The notes under the pieces were generated by a model. That model worked only from the letters and a program-made list of their open reading frames with translations, was not told the DNA's origin and ran no database searches. 64,000 nucleotides of DNA from Octopus sinensis (lineage: Eukaryota), in NCBI RefSeq assembly GCF_006345805.1, contig NC_043010.1, positions 37,696,001 to 37,760,000 of the forward strand. Direction: 5' to 3'. Positions within the stretch are counted from its first letter, which is position 1. The number at the start of each line of letters is the position of its first letter. A program made the position numbers and the translations under genes. Shown piece after piece: positions 13,683 through 26,926 of this stretch.

Positions 13683-15289
13683 TATACATAGGACGCTGTA
13701 CAAGGTGCCACGCAGTGTGACTGAACCTGAAACCATGTGGTTGGTGAAGCAAACTTATTACAACACGACTTTTTATTCATATCTAATATGTCCAGTTCCT
13801 CTAAAGATAAACAGAACGAAACAAGAATTGGGTTTATTATGTAATTCCGTTTACCTTACATTTAAACAAACTTATACCGGACTGTAACTCAAACATTTGG
13901 TTCCACAGGGAATTTCCATTGTAAGTTCTGATGTTAGTTTTAACCATCACTGCTACGGTGGTGTCTGAGTATCCCTTTGTATAGTCTTGTTGTATTTATA
14001 TTTCATAGTTTTTATCTTATTTTTTTATTTTATTTTCAGACCAGTATAGATTCAAAATTATCGATTAATGACTGGATCGAATGTGTTATTTGTACGCAAG
14101 AAAGGGATCTTTAAACAGAGAAGTTCCTGCCAAATTCAATGCTATCTCGATTGGCGTCCAAGACTATATTCACTCAATGGTTGGAATATTTGCTCAGCCT
14201 ATTCAAAGAATCTGAAACGGTGCTTGAACGACAACGTAATAGTAAGCAAAAACTGCAGCAAATGATTCCGAAATAGCTATAATGGTATCTGATCTTTCTG
14301 AGAACAGCCTGTGAATATCGAGCAGAAAAAAACTGTCATTTGAAACAAATATATGGTGTTCTGGCCAACAAATTTTTTTACTTATTTTATTTTCATATAA
14401 AGAAAAATGTCATTTCTGCCCATAAAAACGTGCAGCATATATAAGAATTTCATGGTGATGAGATGATCTGACATAAAAATATTATGAATAGTTCACATCA
14501 CAGCAACAAATTACAGTTTAAAGGAAGCTATATTTTCCCCTTGATGGCCTGATAACATCCATAGATCACGTTTCTGGCCTACAAAAACCCCAAATTGACA
14601 TGAAGAAGGATATTTTACCGTAACCTAAAAATTGTGGTTTAGGTTGGGATATTTTGTTGAAGGTTTGATCCTCATTTCTTTTGCAAGGGTAGCAGGCTTA
14701 ATCTGCTGCCCTGTTTGACACTACCACTTGACTCTTGGATACCTTTAGTGGAGTCCATTCTGTTACAAGCATTCAGGTAAGATCTCTGGTTTGAGGATAT
14801 CTTACTCCCTCCTTCCAACCGGTCACGTAGGATCTGTGAAGGACCCCGGGGACTGCTTTCTCTCCCGATTAAAAAAACATTCTTTCTTATTTGTGAGATG
14901 ACTTTCCTTCGTCAGAACGATGTAAAATTTGTCTTCAAAAAGACGGTCCACATAGCATTTTGCTATCAGTGTGGAGAATTATTTAAATTAAGCCTCTTTC
15001 TGAGAAATTAGGCCTATCTGAATGATAACTTAGGTCTTAACATCTGACACCTCTTAATTATTTTCCCCTGTGGTGGTCATCCACGGTCAATATAATCTGA
15101 AAAAAAAACTGACTTAGAACTTTCAATATACTAAAAGCTGGTAGTCAAGGCCATTTGCGATAACATTAGTAGAGGCCTCCCAAAAAGGATCCAGTTTTTG
15201 TATTCAAGGGCGTCAAAAATGGTTAGATGTCAAACGTCATCACTTTGAACATTTTTGCAATTAAGGACATTTTAAATTGATTTCAAATT

Positions 15290-16201
15290 TTAACCCAAGG
15301 CCAGCAATTTGGAGGAAAGGAGAGAGGAGATAAGTTGATTACATCGACCCCAGGGCCCAACAGGTACGTCTGTCATCGACTCCGAAACGATGAAAGACGA
15401 AATCGACCTTGGCGGAATTTGAGCTCAGAAAGTAAAGACGGAAGAAATGCTGCTAAACATTTTGTCGAAAGTGCTACCGATTCTTTTCTACTCTAGGCAT
15501 AAAGCCCGAAATGTTTGTGGTGTGAGCCAGACGATTAGATCGACCCCAGTACGCAACTGGTACTTAATTTATCGCCCCCCCCGAAAGAATGAAAGGCAAA
15601 GTCGACCTCGGCCTAATTTGAACTTAGAACGTAAAGACAGACGAAATACCTAAAAATGTCTTTACTACCCATAAGGAGTTAAACATAGAGGGGACAAACA
15701 GGGACAGACAAAGGGATTAAGTTGATTACATCGACTCCAGTGCGTAACTGGTACTTAATTTATCGACCCCGAAAGGATGATAGGCAAAGTCGACTTCGGT
15801 GGAATTCGAACTCCGAGCGTAACTGCAGACGAAATACCGCTAAGTATTTCGCCCGGCATGCTAACGATTCTGCCAGCTCGCCGCCTTACGAACAGTTTAT
15901 ATTAGCTTCAAATTTTTACACAAGACCAGCAACTCAGAGGGGGTGGGGAACCAATTACACTGACTCCAGTGCTCAACTAGTACTTATTCTATTGACCCCG
16001 AAAGGATGAAAAGCAAAGTCGACTTCGCAGAATTTGAATGTAAAGATGGACGGAATGCCGCTAAGCGTTTTGCTTCGCGTGGTAACAATTCTGCCAGCCT
16101 ACCGCTTTCACAGTTATTTTATATTGAGTTCTTTTTCAATGAATCCAGATTTCTGAGCCGCCTAGGATACATACATTCTTATAGATATGTGTGTGTATGT
16201 A

Positions 16202-16257
<56 letters not shown>

Positions 16258-16533
16258 TACATGGTCCCAGTCAAATGACTGAAACAAATAAAAGAATAAA
16301 AGAATAAAAGAATATATATATATATTCTTTTATTTGTTTCAGTCATTTGACTGGGACCATGCTGGAGCACCGCCTTTAGTCGAGCAAATCGACCCCAGGA
16401 CTTATTATTTGTAAGCCTAGCACTTATTCTAATCGGTCTGTCTTACTGAACCGCTAAGTGACGGGGACTTAAACACACCAGCATAGGTTGTCAAGCGATG
16501 TTGGAGGGAGGGGGGACAGACACAGACACACAA

Positions 16534-16572
<39 letters not shown>

Positions 16573-17170
16573 CATATATACGACGGACATCTTTCAAGTT
16601 CCGGCTACCAAATCCACTCACAAAGCTTTGGTCGGCCCGAGGCTATAGCAGAAGACACTTGCCCAAGGTGCCATGCAGTGGGACTGAACCCAGAACCATG
16701 TGGTTGGTAAGTAAGCTACTAACCACACAGCCACTCAAACACACACATATATGTAAGTGTATGCGTGTATCTATCTATTTATCTATCAACTGGTGCTTAT
16801 TTTATCAACTCCGAAAGAATAAAACGTAAAGTTGACGTCAGGGGAATTTGAACTCAGAACGCAAAGCGGACGAAATACCGCTAAACATTTCTCTCGGCGT
16901 CCTAACGATTCTGCCATCTCACCGCCTAATCACCACTCTAACAATAATAAGAATTCTTCCTAATTTTGGCACCAAATTGGCAATTTTGAGGTGGGGAAAC
17001 AAGTTGATTACATCGAGCCTAGTGTTTGAGTGGTACTTTATTTTATCGATCCCGAAAGGATGAAAGGCAAAGGTTACTTCGACGGGATTTGAACCGATAA
17101 CACAAAGAGCTGGAAGTAACGCTGCTAAGCGTTTTGTTCGACGCTCTAACGATTCCGTCAGCTCGCAGCC
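15290..17170 (-). mobile_element. Head-to-tail chain of S2 SINE copies (cores near 15370, 15560, 15760, 15980, 16800, 17040), interrupted by an S1 copy
   Basis: Repeated core and head strings. Other S2 pieces at 22810(+), 23190-23305, 25100(+), 26690(+), 31448, 33300, 46505-46660, 48600 and 63240-63430. Confidence 0.82.
16323..16735 (-). mobile_element. SINE family S1, near full length
   Basis: Head, internal microsatellite and tail colinear with other S1 copies. Confidence 0.88.
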
Positions 17171-17317
17171 TCATCCACAATATCAACAGCAGCAGCAGCA
17201 GCAACAACAACAACAACAACAACAGCAGCCACAACAACAACACTAATAACAGCAACAATAACAGTGTCAGCAACAATAACAACCACCACCACCACCACCA
17301 CCACCACCACCACCACT

Positions 17318-17365
<48 letters not shown>

Positions 17366-17886
17366 GCATTACATTATTAAAAACAACTTCATTAGCACGG
17401 TCGCCGTCATCAACAAGTAGTAGTGAACAGTACCAGCTCTCCCCCACCAGCACATCTCCTCCACAGCCAACAGAAACAGGTAATTACTTTGAAGCCAGCC
17501 AATAGTTTTAATGTTAGCCTGTTTGAAAGCCGAGAACCACATTTGTACTGGGTACTTAAGTGGAGACGTTTGATATTACAATACACAACCTGAGTAGTAT
17601 TGATTTCTAGCGTGTTTCTTTTGTTTGTTTGCATGTTTTCTTTGATTCTAGCTCCTCACTAGGTCGCAATGTAAAAAAAACAACAACAAAACAAGACAAA
17701 AAGACAATAAAAACAACAAAAAACCTCAGAAAAGATCAGTGTTTGTAGCTCGAGATGATGGTGACTAGAGCAGAGAGCAATATTTCATATCCGGTTCAGC
17801 GTCCGATCTCGCCACTGAGCTGGCATAACTGAGCTGTGCTTGTGTCACAAAGAGAATCGAGTTTGACAGCTTAATCTTATCACTGA

Positions 17887-18228
17887 GTAATGTGGAAACG
17901 AGTCTGGAACCAAGTAATGTGGAAACGAGTAATGTGGAAACGAGTCTGGAACCGAATAATGTGGAAACGAGTAATGTGGAAACGAGTCTGGAACCAAGTA
18001 ACGTGGAAACGAGTAATGTGGAAACTGAGTAATGTGGAAACGAGTCTGGAACCAAGTAATGTGGAAACGAGTAATGTGGAAACGAGTAATGTGGAAACGA
18101 GTAATGTGGAAACTGAGTAATGTGGAAACGAGTCTGGAACCAAGTAATGTGGAAACGAGTAATGTGGAAACTGAGTAATGTGGAAACGAGTCTGGAACCA
18201 AATAATGTGGAAACGAGTCTGGGACCTA
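17887..18228. repeat. Compound minisatellite of 15/16-bp (GTAATGTGGAAAC(T)GA) and 12-bp (GTCTGGAACCAA) units
   Basis: 24 units parsed by eye. Confidence 0.93.
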
Positions 18229-18697
18229 GTCTCTGCTGTGTAACTTGACAGAAACTCAGACGACATACTCAGTCTGGTTTCATCATCGAGCAAGACATAG
18301 CTGAGTTGTGCTGAGTCACCGACAGAACGACACTCGACAGTCCGATCTTGTAATTGAGCAACGTGTAAACTGAGCCTGTGTGGTGTCGTTGATCGAAACA
18401 CACTTATCAGTCAGATCTCATTAATGAGTCAGTAGTAACTGAGCTGTGCTATGCGACTGAGGGAATGACAATTGACAATCCGATACCGTAACCGAATAAC
18501 GTGTAACTGAGTGTGTGCTGAGCAAATGAAAGAAACACGACTTGATTGTTAAGTGTTCACAAGACTCAACTCAAAATGGCTTTAATCTTCTTAATTGTTG
18601 TGCAATGGAAATCAAAAAGCAAAACAAAAACAGCAAAAAAGCAGACACAAACCTACTGGCAAACTTAGTATGGAAAGTTAACCTTTTGTTACCATGT

Positions 18698-18892
18698 TAT
18701 AGGGGTAGGAGTGGCTGTGTGGTAAGTAGCTTGCTCACGAACCGCATGGTTCCGGGTTCAGTCCCACTGAGTGGCACCTTGGGCATGTGTCTTCTACTAT
18801 AGCCTCGGGCCGACCACAGCCTTGTGAGTGGATTTGGTAAACGGAAACTGTCGTATATATATTATATATATACATATATATATATGTATGTA

Positions 18893-18933
<41 letters not shown>

Positions 18934-19119
18934 GTATGTTTGTGTGTCTGTATCTGTCCCCCAACATCGCTTGACAACCGATGCTGGTGTGTTTACGTCC
19001 CCGTAACTTAGTAGAATAAGTACTAGGCTTACAAAAAATAAGTCCTGGGGTCGATTTGCTCGACTAAAGGCGGTGCTCCAGTATGGCCGCAGTCAAATGA
19101 TTGAAACAATTAAAAGAGT
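18698..19119 (+). mobile_element. SINE family S1, full length
   Basis: tRNA-like head, CORE-like accttgggcatgtgtc, internal (TA)/(TG) tract, tail gcggtgctccagtatggccgcagtcaaatga. Confidence 0.9.
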
Positions 19120-19755
19120 ATGTTGAAGAACACTGCCATTATTTTGATTTTTTAATTAATTCTGAAAATAACGAAGAATTTACTGAAATAATTTTGTCAT
19201 TATGAAGTTGGTGTTTCAACATAAATAATATTATGATGGGACGTTCTAATCTAGATTGCTTTAAATCATGAGATTTGTACCAGAGAACCAAGGAAGGCCT
19301 GGGGTACACTGGTATTAAAAGGGTTAAAAATTACTGGCAGACTTAAACGTTTTTGATACACTTCATACAGAAAGTTAATATTTATTGCCACACTTAGTGT
19401 AGGAAATTAAAAACAAATATTTTAAATGAAAATCTCGAAAAATATATAAAAAACTATTGCTTATTATATTTAATTAGTCATATCTATTTATAACAATTTT
19501 TTGAATGAGGCATTTCTTTTGAAGACGATCAGATATTTGTGTAGATTTTCTAAAGAACTAAATTATATATATCAAAGATCTGAGGTACATCCACATATAC
19601 TTTGCAGCACACTGCTTGAGAACAAACGTTCTAAAGTAGTGTTTTTTAACTGCATTGAATACATGGCAGACTGAATAAATTTTACGACTTAGTTTCACTG
19701 TGTATATGTATGTATATATGTATATATGTATGTATGTATTATGTATGTATGTATG

Positions 19756-20303
19756 CATGTCTCTTCTATTTTTTAATTATTATAAATTTTCCACTAAGGA
19801 AGGAGCAGGTTTCCAACAAAGATACAAGGCTCCATCTTTGGGATGTAGTTAAAACAGACAAATTCACATTTGGAACGTGAGAAAAGTCTTGCATATTTTT
19901 ACTGTTCCACTCACGGATTGCACTTGTAATGTACGAATCAGTCGGTCAATTTCTCTTTCTAAAAATCCTAGTTTATCCAGATTCTCCTTGAAGCATTTAC
20001 TGACAAGACCTAGTGTCCAATTATTATTGGTATAAATATGAATTCATAGCCTGGATATAGAAGCTGGAGGTTTCGAAGTAGTTGTCCATAAATATCCTAT
20101 TTTTCTTTGATTTTCAAAGATATTTATATCTGCAGGGTAGCTGACCTCTATGACGGTACACACCTTTGCCCCCCTGTCCCAAACAACAATATCCGGCCTG
20201 TAATGTTTACATTTGACAGAAGTTTTGATGGGAATATTCCACCTGTATTCCTTGAGTTGGTGTTTATGAATGTATTCCACAACAGAGGGATTTTCTAAGT
20301 TTA
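19756..20303 (-). mobile_element. 3' end of a non-LTR retrotransposon with restriction-like endonuclease (RLE)
   Basis: EYRWNIPIKTSVKCKHYRPDIVVWDRGAKVCTVIEVSYPAD (PD-(D/E)xK type). 3' region is homologous to 54680-55090. Confidence 0.85.
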
Positions 20304-20860
20304 CTAGTTTACCCGTGCCGTCAGAAATGACGGCATGAAAATGATACGGAAAATAAAATAAAAATAAAAAAAACTTTACAACCTTTACTAACCCTAGCAG
20401 CAATGAGTTCACCTTGTTTTGGTTGGTCCGTTTCAGTATTAATTAATTCTTCCATTCTTCTTCTTGATGTTCTCTCCCATTCGATTTCTCTTCTTTGTGC
20501 TTCTTCCTCTTCCGTTTCATCTTGTCGCTTTTGCAATGCTCTATTTCTTAGATACTCCCTCCTCACTGCTGCTTGCTCTTCTGTTTCATCTTGGGGCTTT
20601 TGTGCTGCTCTCTCTCTCTCTTTGGATATCTCCTCTTTGTACAATTCGGTGCTCCTTTTCATTTTGACGTCTTCGAGTCTGTTTGCTTGCGTCTTGCACT
20701 CGTCTCCCTTGTCTCGCTTCTTGTGGTTGATTTAATAGCCTTAATGTATTGTTCAATCTTCTTGCGTCCAGTTCTTCCTGAGTGAGACTGGCTGTTCTTC
20801 GCCTTTGTCTCTCTCTCTGGCTAACCGTCGCCCTTTGTCTGATTCATTCTCCATAACAGG
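20304..20860 (-). mobile_element. Non-autonomous Helitron derivative (5' boundary unresolved)
   Basis: Minus-strand 3' end TGCCGTCA-tttc-TGACGGCA (8-bp hairpin, 20335-20316), 8 nt, CTAG|T at 20307-20303. Upstream decayed charged ORF (QDETEEQAAVRREYLRNRALQKRQDETEEEEAQRRE) resembles Helitron Rep/Hel N-terminal repeats. Confidence 0.7.
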
Positions 20861-20927
20861 TGGATGAGTATATTTAATGCAACAGAACACAAACTTCTAA
20901 ACAAATGAGTATATTTGTGTGTGCATG

Positions 20928-20970
<43 letters not shown>

Positions 20971-21563
20971 ACGTTAGTTTATTTCTATTTCTATACGTAG
21001 CTATACAAAGTCCAAAATTACATAGGATTACATTAACGGTATTCACACAGACTTATTTTTTTCCAGCAACGTCTACATGTTATCTATCTCTGTTTGTCTG
21101 TCTCTGTCTGTCTGTCTGTCTCTCTTTCTCTCTTTACCGCCTGGAATGGAAAAAGATCTTGAAGACAAACTTCACTGCCTTGGCAAAATTCTTCATTCAT
21201 ACATATTTACAAACATCACCGTATCGGCAAGTATTTGTAAATATTTATTATTACCTTCCTTTTACATTTAGCTTTCTTTAAACAGACAATATTATCAAGC
21301 TTTCTTTAAACAGACCAATATTTTAATTTTATGACTTTAAAAATTACTTCTTATTTACTCATCTTATATTCTATTAACTTTACAACTTTTTAAGCAGAAA
21401 AATCTTCCAGAACAGTGAAACATCCATAGAGATATAGAAAAAAATAATTTTGAGGTACAAAAATCTTATTTACTTATCTTATATATTGTTATTAATGTTT
21501 ACCAGAAAAAATCAGTATTCATCGAATAGAAATGAAAATGTTATTGTTGAGAGAGAGAGAGAG

Positions 21564-21627
<64 letters not shown>

Positions 21628-22138
21628 AGAAAGAGAGAGAGAGAAAGAAAGAAAGAAAGAGAGAGAGAGAGCGAGAGGTGCTATTTGATACCACTCCCTC
21701 ATTGTTATTACCATTTTGTATCTCCTCTTTTATTAACTCTTACACTGCTACACCCTTATTGCGTGATTTTGGACAAACTTACAAACAAGCTCATTATTAT
21801 AATAGATTCCAGGACATACATGCATGTATATGTATTGTCTTTTACGTATTTCAGTCATTGGACTGTGACCATGCTGGGGCACCGCCTTGAAAGGATTAGT
21901 CGAACAAACCGACTATGTATGTAAGAAATTAAGATAACACAGGAATAAATGATTATCTTATGGACTTCATTAGCTTACAGTTGTTTTTGCCATAGGATGC
22001 AGTTCATAAGGTAATTGCTTATTCCTTTATTCTATTTGAATTTCTTATTACCGCTCTGTACTCGACTTACACTTCGCTCTGAAGCATATGTGTACTGAAT
22101 TCTACGCCAGATAATTAATATCACAATGTCTAAGTGAT

Positions 22139-22204
<66 letters not shown>

Positions 22205-22548
22205 TGTCTTGTAAGCTGATGCCCTAATTCGTTGTCCAGCGACAAATATTTCAACCATATACATTCCAAGTACTATAACTGTTTCCTTTCGAAAAGTTCA
22301 CAGTCAGCATGGATGAAACCGGTTACATGTAAGCTAAAAAGATCTAATATATTTAAATCAAATATTACACTTGTTTTTGTTTCTTTACTTTATCTAAAAA
22401 TATTACAATAATTCTCTTTGTATTATTGTGTATTTTCATCCATTTTTTTGTTTATACAACAAAACCTGTAAAGAGACACCTAACCACTTTACGTATTATA
22501 CAAAATAATATGCATGAGTGGGCCTTTTCGTTTGGTCTCTTTTATTTA

Positions 22549-22784
22549 CAGTAATCCCTCGCCATATCGCGGGTCATTTACCGCGGGTCATCTATCGCGG
22601 TATATTATTTAAGCTTACGTCTATTCCTCCGTAGCGTTGCTTTGAATCTATAATAAAATAAATATATACAAATTATAAAAATAAAAATAAAAAATATACA
22701 ATACAGTACTGTTTCTACTTTGTTGTTTTCACCTATCGCGGGGGATTTTGGAACATATCACCCACGATAATCGAGGGTTAGCTG
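22549..22784. mobile_element. pogo/Tigger-like MITE
   Basis: TA|CAGTAATCCCTCGCCATATCGCGG ... CCACGATAATCGAGGGTTAGCTG|TA; imperfect TIRs, TA duplication, AT-rich core. Confidence 0.7.
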
Positions 22785-23057
22785 TATATTTATTTTTTTT
22801 CCTAACGGCATTTCGAAGTCGACTTTGCCTTTCATCCTTTCGGAGTCGATAAAATAAGTACCAGTGACACACTTACCCCGACCCCCGAACTTGCTGGCTT
22901 TGTGCTAGAATTTGAAACCAATGTTATCAAGGGCGTTCTAACTATGACTATCTCGTCTTTTTTTCATAGAATAGTATATCTAGGACTATATTATTACATG
23001 TCTGCTCTTCAAGTGATTACATCAATAGCTGTATCACTATCCTACGGTTTTTTGCGG

Positions 23058-23114
<57 letters not shown>

Positions 23115-23937
23115 GTAACAGAGAGAGGAAGAGAGAGAGAATAATAGTTTCTATAGACACAAGGCTTGAAATTGTGGAGGAGGGCGCTAGTCGATTACAT
23201 CGACTCCGGTGTTTCACTGGTACTTAATTTATCGACCCCGAATAGATGAAAGGCAAATTAGACCTCGGCGTCCAGCGTGCTAACGATTCTACCAGCTCGC
23301 CGTCTGAGAGAGAGAGAGAGAGAGAGAATGGCATTATTAATAGATGTTTCTTAGATGCTAGAAGTAGGAGGTAAATGTCGATAGTTATCTGACCCAGACA
23401 GGTTGCCGTTTGAAGGTATTAAAGCATACTGTGGTGTGGTTCAGAAAACTGGGATATATTGCTGGGGAGAGGAGATAAATAAATAGATAGAGAGGGAGAG
23501 AGAGAGAGGCAAAGAAGGAGAGAAAGAGAGGGAGAGAGGCAAATAAGGAGAGAAATAGAGCCGGGGAGAGGTGGAAGAGTTTAGTAATTGTAGGAAATTA
23601 GCTCTGCAGCAATAGTAATGCTTTTCACTATCAGAATGAATAAAATAAAATAAAATAAAATAAAATAAAATAAAATGAAATAAAACGTTGTCACAATTCG
23701 AAATATTAATTTTTTTTTCACCTTTAACAATTTTATTTATCTTTGACCAAAAATCAAATTGCGACAGAAAATTAAAAAGAAAAGAAATACCGGATATATG
23801 AAACATTATTTCTTGTGAAATCTGTTATGTAATCAGAAAATATTGGTGAAATGTGACACAATTGTAGCGTTTCTTTTTTGTTTTTGGTGTGTAAGATATA
23901 CGTGCGTGAACGTTATTCGATAATTCTGTTTTTGCAG

Positions 23938-24000
<63 letters not shown>

Positions 24001-24026
24001 CTATTACTATTATTATTATATTATTA

Positions 24027-24063
<37 letters not shown>

Positions 24064-24770
24064 TTTTTTTTTTATTTAAAAAATTTTTTTTTGAAAACTT
24101 ATACGTTGACTTATGACGAGATCTTTTGTAAAGTGTGAAACACAACACGAGAAATTTGATGAGATTTCGCGAGATGAAATGCTAGAAGATCTTTTGTGAA
24201 GTACCTACAAATTTCATTTCATGTCTTTCTTTTCTTTTTATTTTATTTTATTTTCCACGTAAAATGTCATTGATAAAACAAGAATATTTGTGATGTGCAT
24301 GGAATATACAGCGTTAGAAATTTTACGAGAGATAACGAAATGTCAAGACCTTTTTTTTAACGGTGGTGTTCCATTTTGTGTGGAAATACGAAAAGAAAAC
24401 CTGACTGAAAAATTGACAAGAGGACAAGATATTGTTTCGTGAAGTGCGTGAAATAGGAGAATTTTTAAATATTTTTACGTAAAGTGATTTTAATATGTGA
24501 AATACAGGAAAATTGGTTGGGATATATGCAAGACATATTTTTTTACATGGAGTGACAGGTTGACAAGGAATATTTTCAAGTGTGTGTAGAATATTAATAC
24601 AAGAAAATATTTAACAAAATGGTACGGCTCACAATGAAACGTCTTTTGAAGTGTTCACTTGGACAAAATTATTTTAATTAATTAATCAGTTAATTAATTG
24701 CTTAATGATGTTCGCAACGACATCAAAGAAGGTTAAGATATTGGATTTAATTACGTTAGGTTTCTGTGAA

Positions 24771-25020
24771 GTGGAGACGCGCGGCTTAGTAGTTAGGATG
24801 TTGAACTCATGATCGTGAGGTTATGGTTTCGATTCCTGAACCGGGCGATGTGTTGTGTTCTTGAGCAAAACATTTAATTTCACGTTGCTCTAGTCCACTC
24901 AGCTGGCAAAAATGGGTAATCCGGCAACGGACCGGCGTCTCGTCCAGGTGGGGAATTTCTACGCTACTGAAACCGAGAAACCGGCCCTTATGAGCCTGGC
25001 ACGGCTCGAGAAGGAACGTT
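24771..25020 (+). mobile_element. tRNA-derived CORE-like SINE (core Y + tail Q)
   Basis: tRNA head, then tgtgttcttgagcaaaac..tttcacgttgctctagtccactcagctggcaaaaatg (CORE-like), then gacggaccggcgtctcgtccaggtgggga...gctcgagaaggaac. Confidence 0.8.
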
Positions 25021-25787
25021 TATTTTATGTTTCTGTGAAACAGGTACGTCTGTGTGGTGAAGCGTGGCACTGGATTAGCCAAGGAACGGAGTGCAACATT
25101 TAGTTACACCAGTTTACGTTTCGAGTTCAAATTCCGCCTTAATCAACTTCCATTTTTTTTTCCTTCTGAGGTAAATACAATAAATACCGGGCGAAGTAAC
25201 TGGAGGTTGACATAATTGACTAAATCCCTTCCTTATTTGAATGAGATGCTCCAGCATGACTGCAGTCTAATGGCTTAAACTAGTAAAATAATTAAAGGCA
25301 TAAGTACATCGTCTAGAAATAGTAGTAGAGGGATACTTTGTTGTTATCAATCACATTGAAAAGTGAGACCCTCCAAACACCCCCATCTTACAAGATAAGC
25401 AATTAACAAAAACAAAACAGATTTATGTTGATATGCTTTGTAAAAAAAACATAAAGTCACATTTTGAGACCGCTTTGTTGTCGGAGAAGAAAAAGACAAT
25501 TATATTCGCATTATATTCATGTACATGCTTTAGTCAAATGTAGAGTTTCTAATTGAAGAGTCGGTTCCTCTGGGCGCCTGTGATGATTGAAAAGAGATGG
25601 ATGAAGGAAATTGCAGTGCATAATAAAATTAAGATGGCTTTAAGCTGGTTTGTCTTGTCTAACAAGACGAAACAAAAAAAAAAAAGAAAGAAAAAAGAAG
25701 AATTATATGGGTGTAAAACCTTTTGTGTTCTCATTAATAATGATGGAAATATGATAAATGTTTAACTAATATATACGCATATCTCTT

Positions 25788-25831
<44 letters not shown>

Positions 25832-25878
25832 GGGAGAGAGAGAGAAAGAGAGATAGAGAGAGAGAAAGAGAGATAGAG

Positions 25879-25909
<31 letters not shown>

Positions 25910-26146
25910 ATGAGAGAAGTATGTGTATATGTTTCAATCGTTGGACTGCGGCCGAGCTGGGGCATCGCCTGAAAAGGTTTTAGTCCAACAAATCGACCAA
26001 AGTACTTCTGTTATTCCCAAGTCTGGTACTTTATTCTATCAGGAGCTTGTGACGAAGTGCTATGTTAGGGCAACTGAATCAAATCTTGACCGCTTGATAA
26101 ACGATGTGAGGAGGACAATCACACACACACACCACACACACACACA

Positions 26147-26177
<31 letters not shown>

Positions 26178-26855
26178 TGCGCACGAAGGGGCTCCCATAC
26201 AGTTTCCGTCTACGAGATTCACTTACAAAGAATTGGTTGCCCAAGATACCACGCAGTGGTAGAGGCACTTAACCCGAAATCACGTGCTTGCTAAGAGAGC
26301 TTCTAAATAACACAGCGATGCTTGCGCCTAGCATAATATACACACATACGTACACACACACATACACACACACACACACACACACAGTTAATGCGAGGAT
26401 ATCTTACCCTCAAAAGGGATAATTATATCCGAAATCCGAAATTCACTGGTTTAATCACCAACACCGTCGGGGAATTTCTCTTCGATATATATATATATAT
26501 GGGATTATTATAAGTATAATAATAAATAATTTACAATTATATATTGAACTGAATTGAAACGTACGTAAGCTTTATTTTGGGAGTATGTTAATAAATTAAT
26601 TTTATATCCTTACCAACTCATCATTATTCTTCTTTAATCATAACTACACCCACGCCCGCACGTATATATATATATATATACACATACATATATATAGCTG
26701 ACAGAATCGTTAACACGTCGGATAAAGTGTTTCGCTGCATTTCTTCTGGATGTACGTTCTGAATTCGAATTCCGTGGAGTTAAGTAGTGGGAACGATGTA
26801 ATAAGACATCTTACTCCCCTGGAATTGCTGTGTATGTGTGTGTACGAGTGCACGC

Positions 26856-26926
<71 letters not shown>

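Noticed and set aside
13960-15290. 1.3-kb complex stretch that looks like a decayed DNA transposon
   Set aside because: No TIR pair, TSD or recognisable protein motif found by eye.
17765-18401. Repetitive ORFs (VSTLL/FHITR/PDSFPHY/MWKRV)
   Set aside because: All frames are open only because of the minisatellite; no splice or domain support.
19130-19327. Possible piggyBac-like end (..AAAGGGTTAA)
   Set aside because: Only one terminus is seen; no matching left TIR in range.
23780-24700. Recurrent gtgaa/gaaat motifs suggesting an old tandem repeat
   Set aside because: No consistent period could be established by eye.
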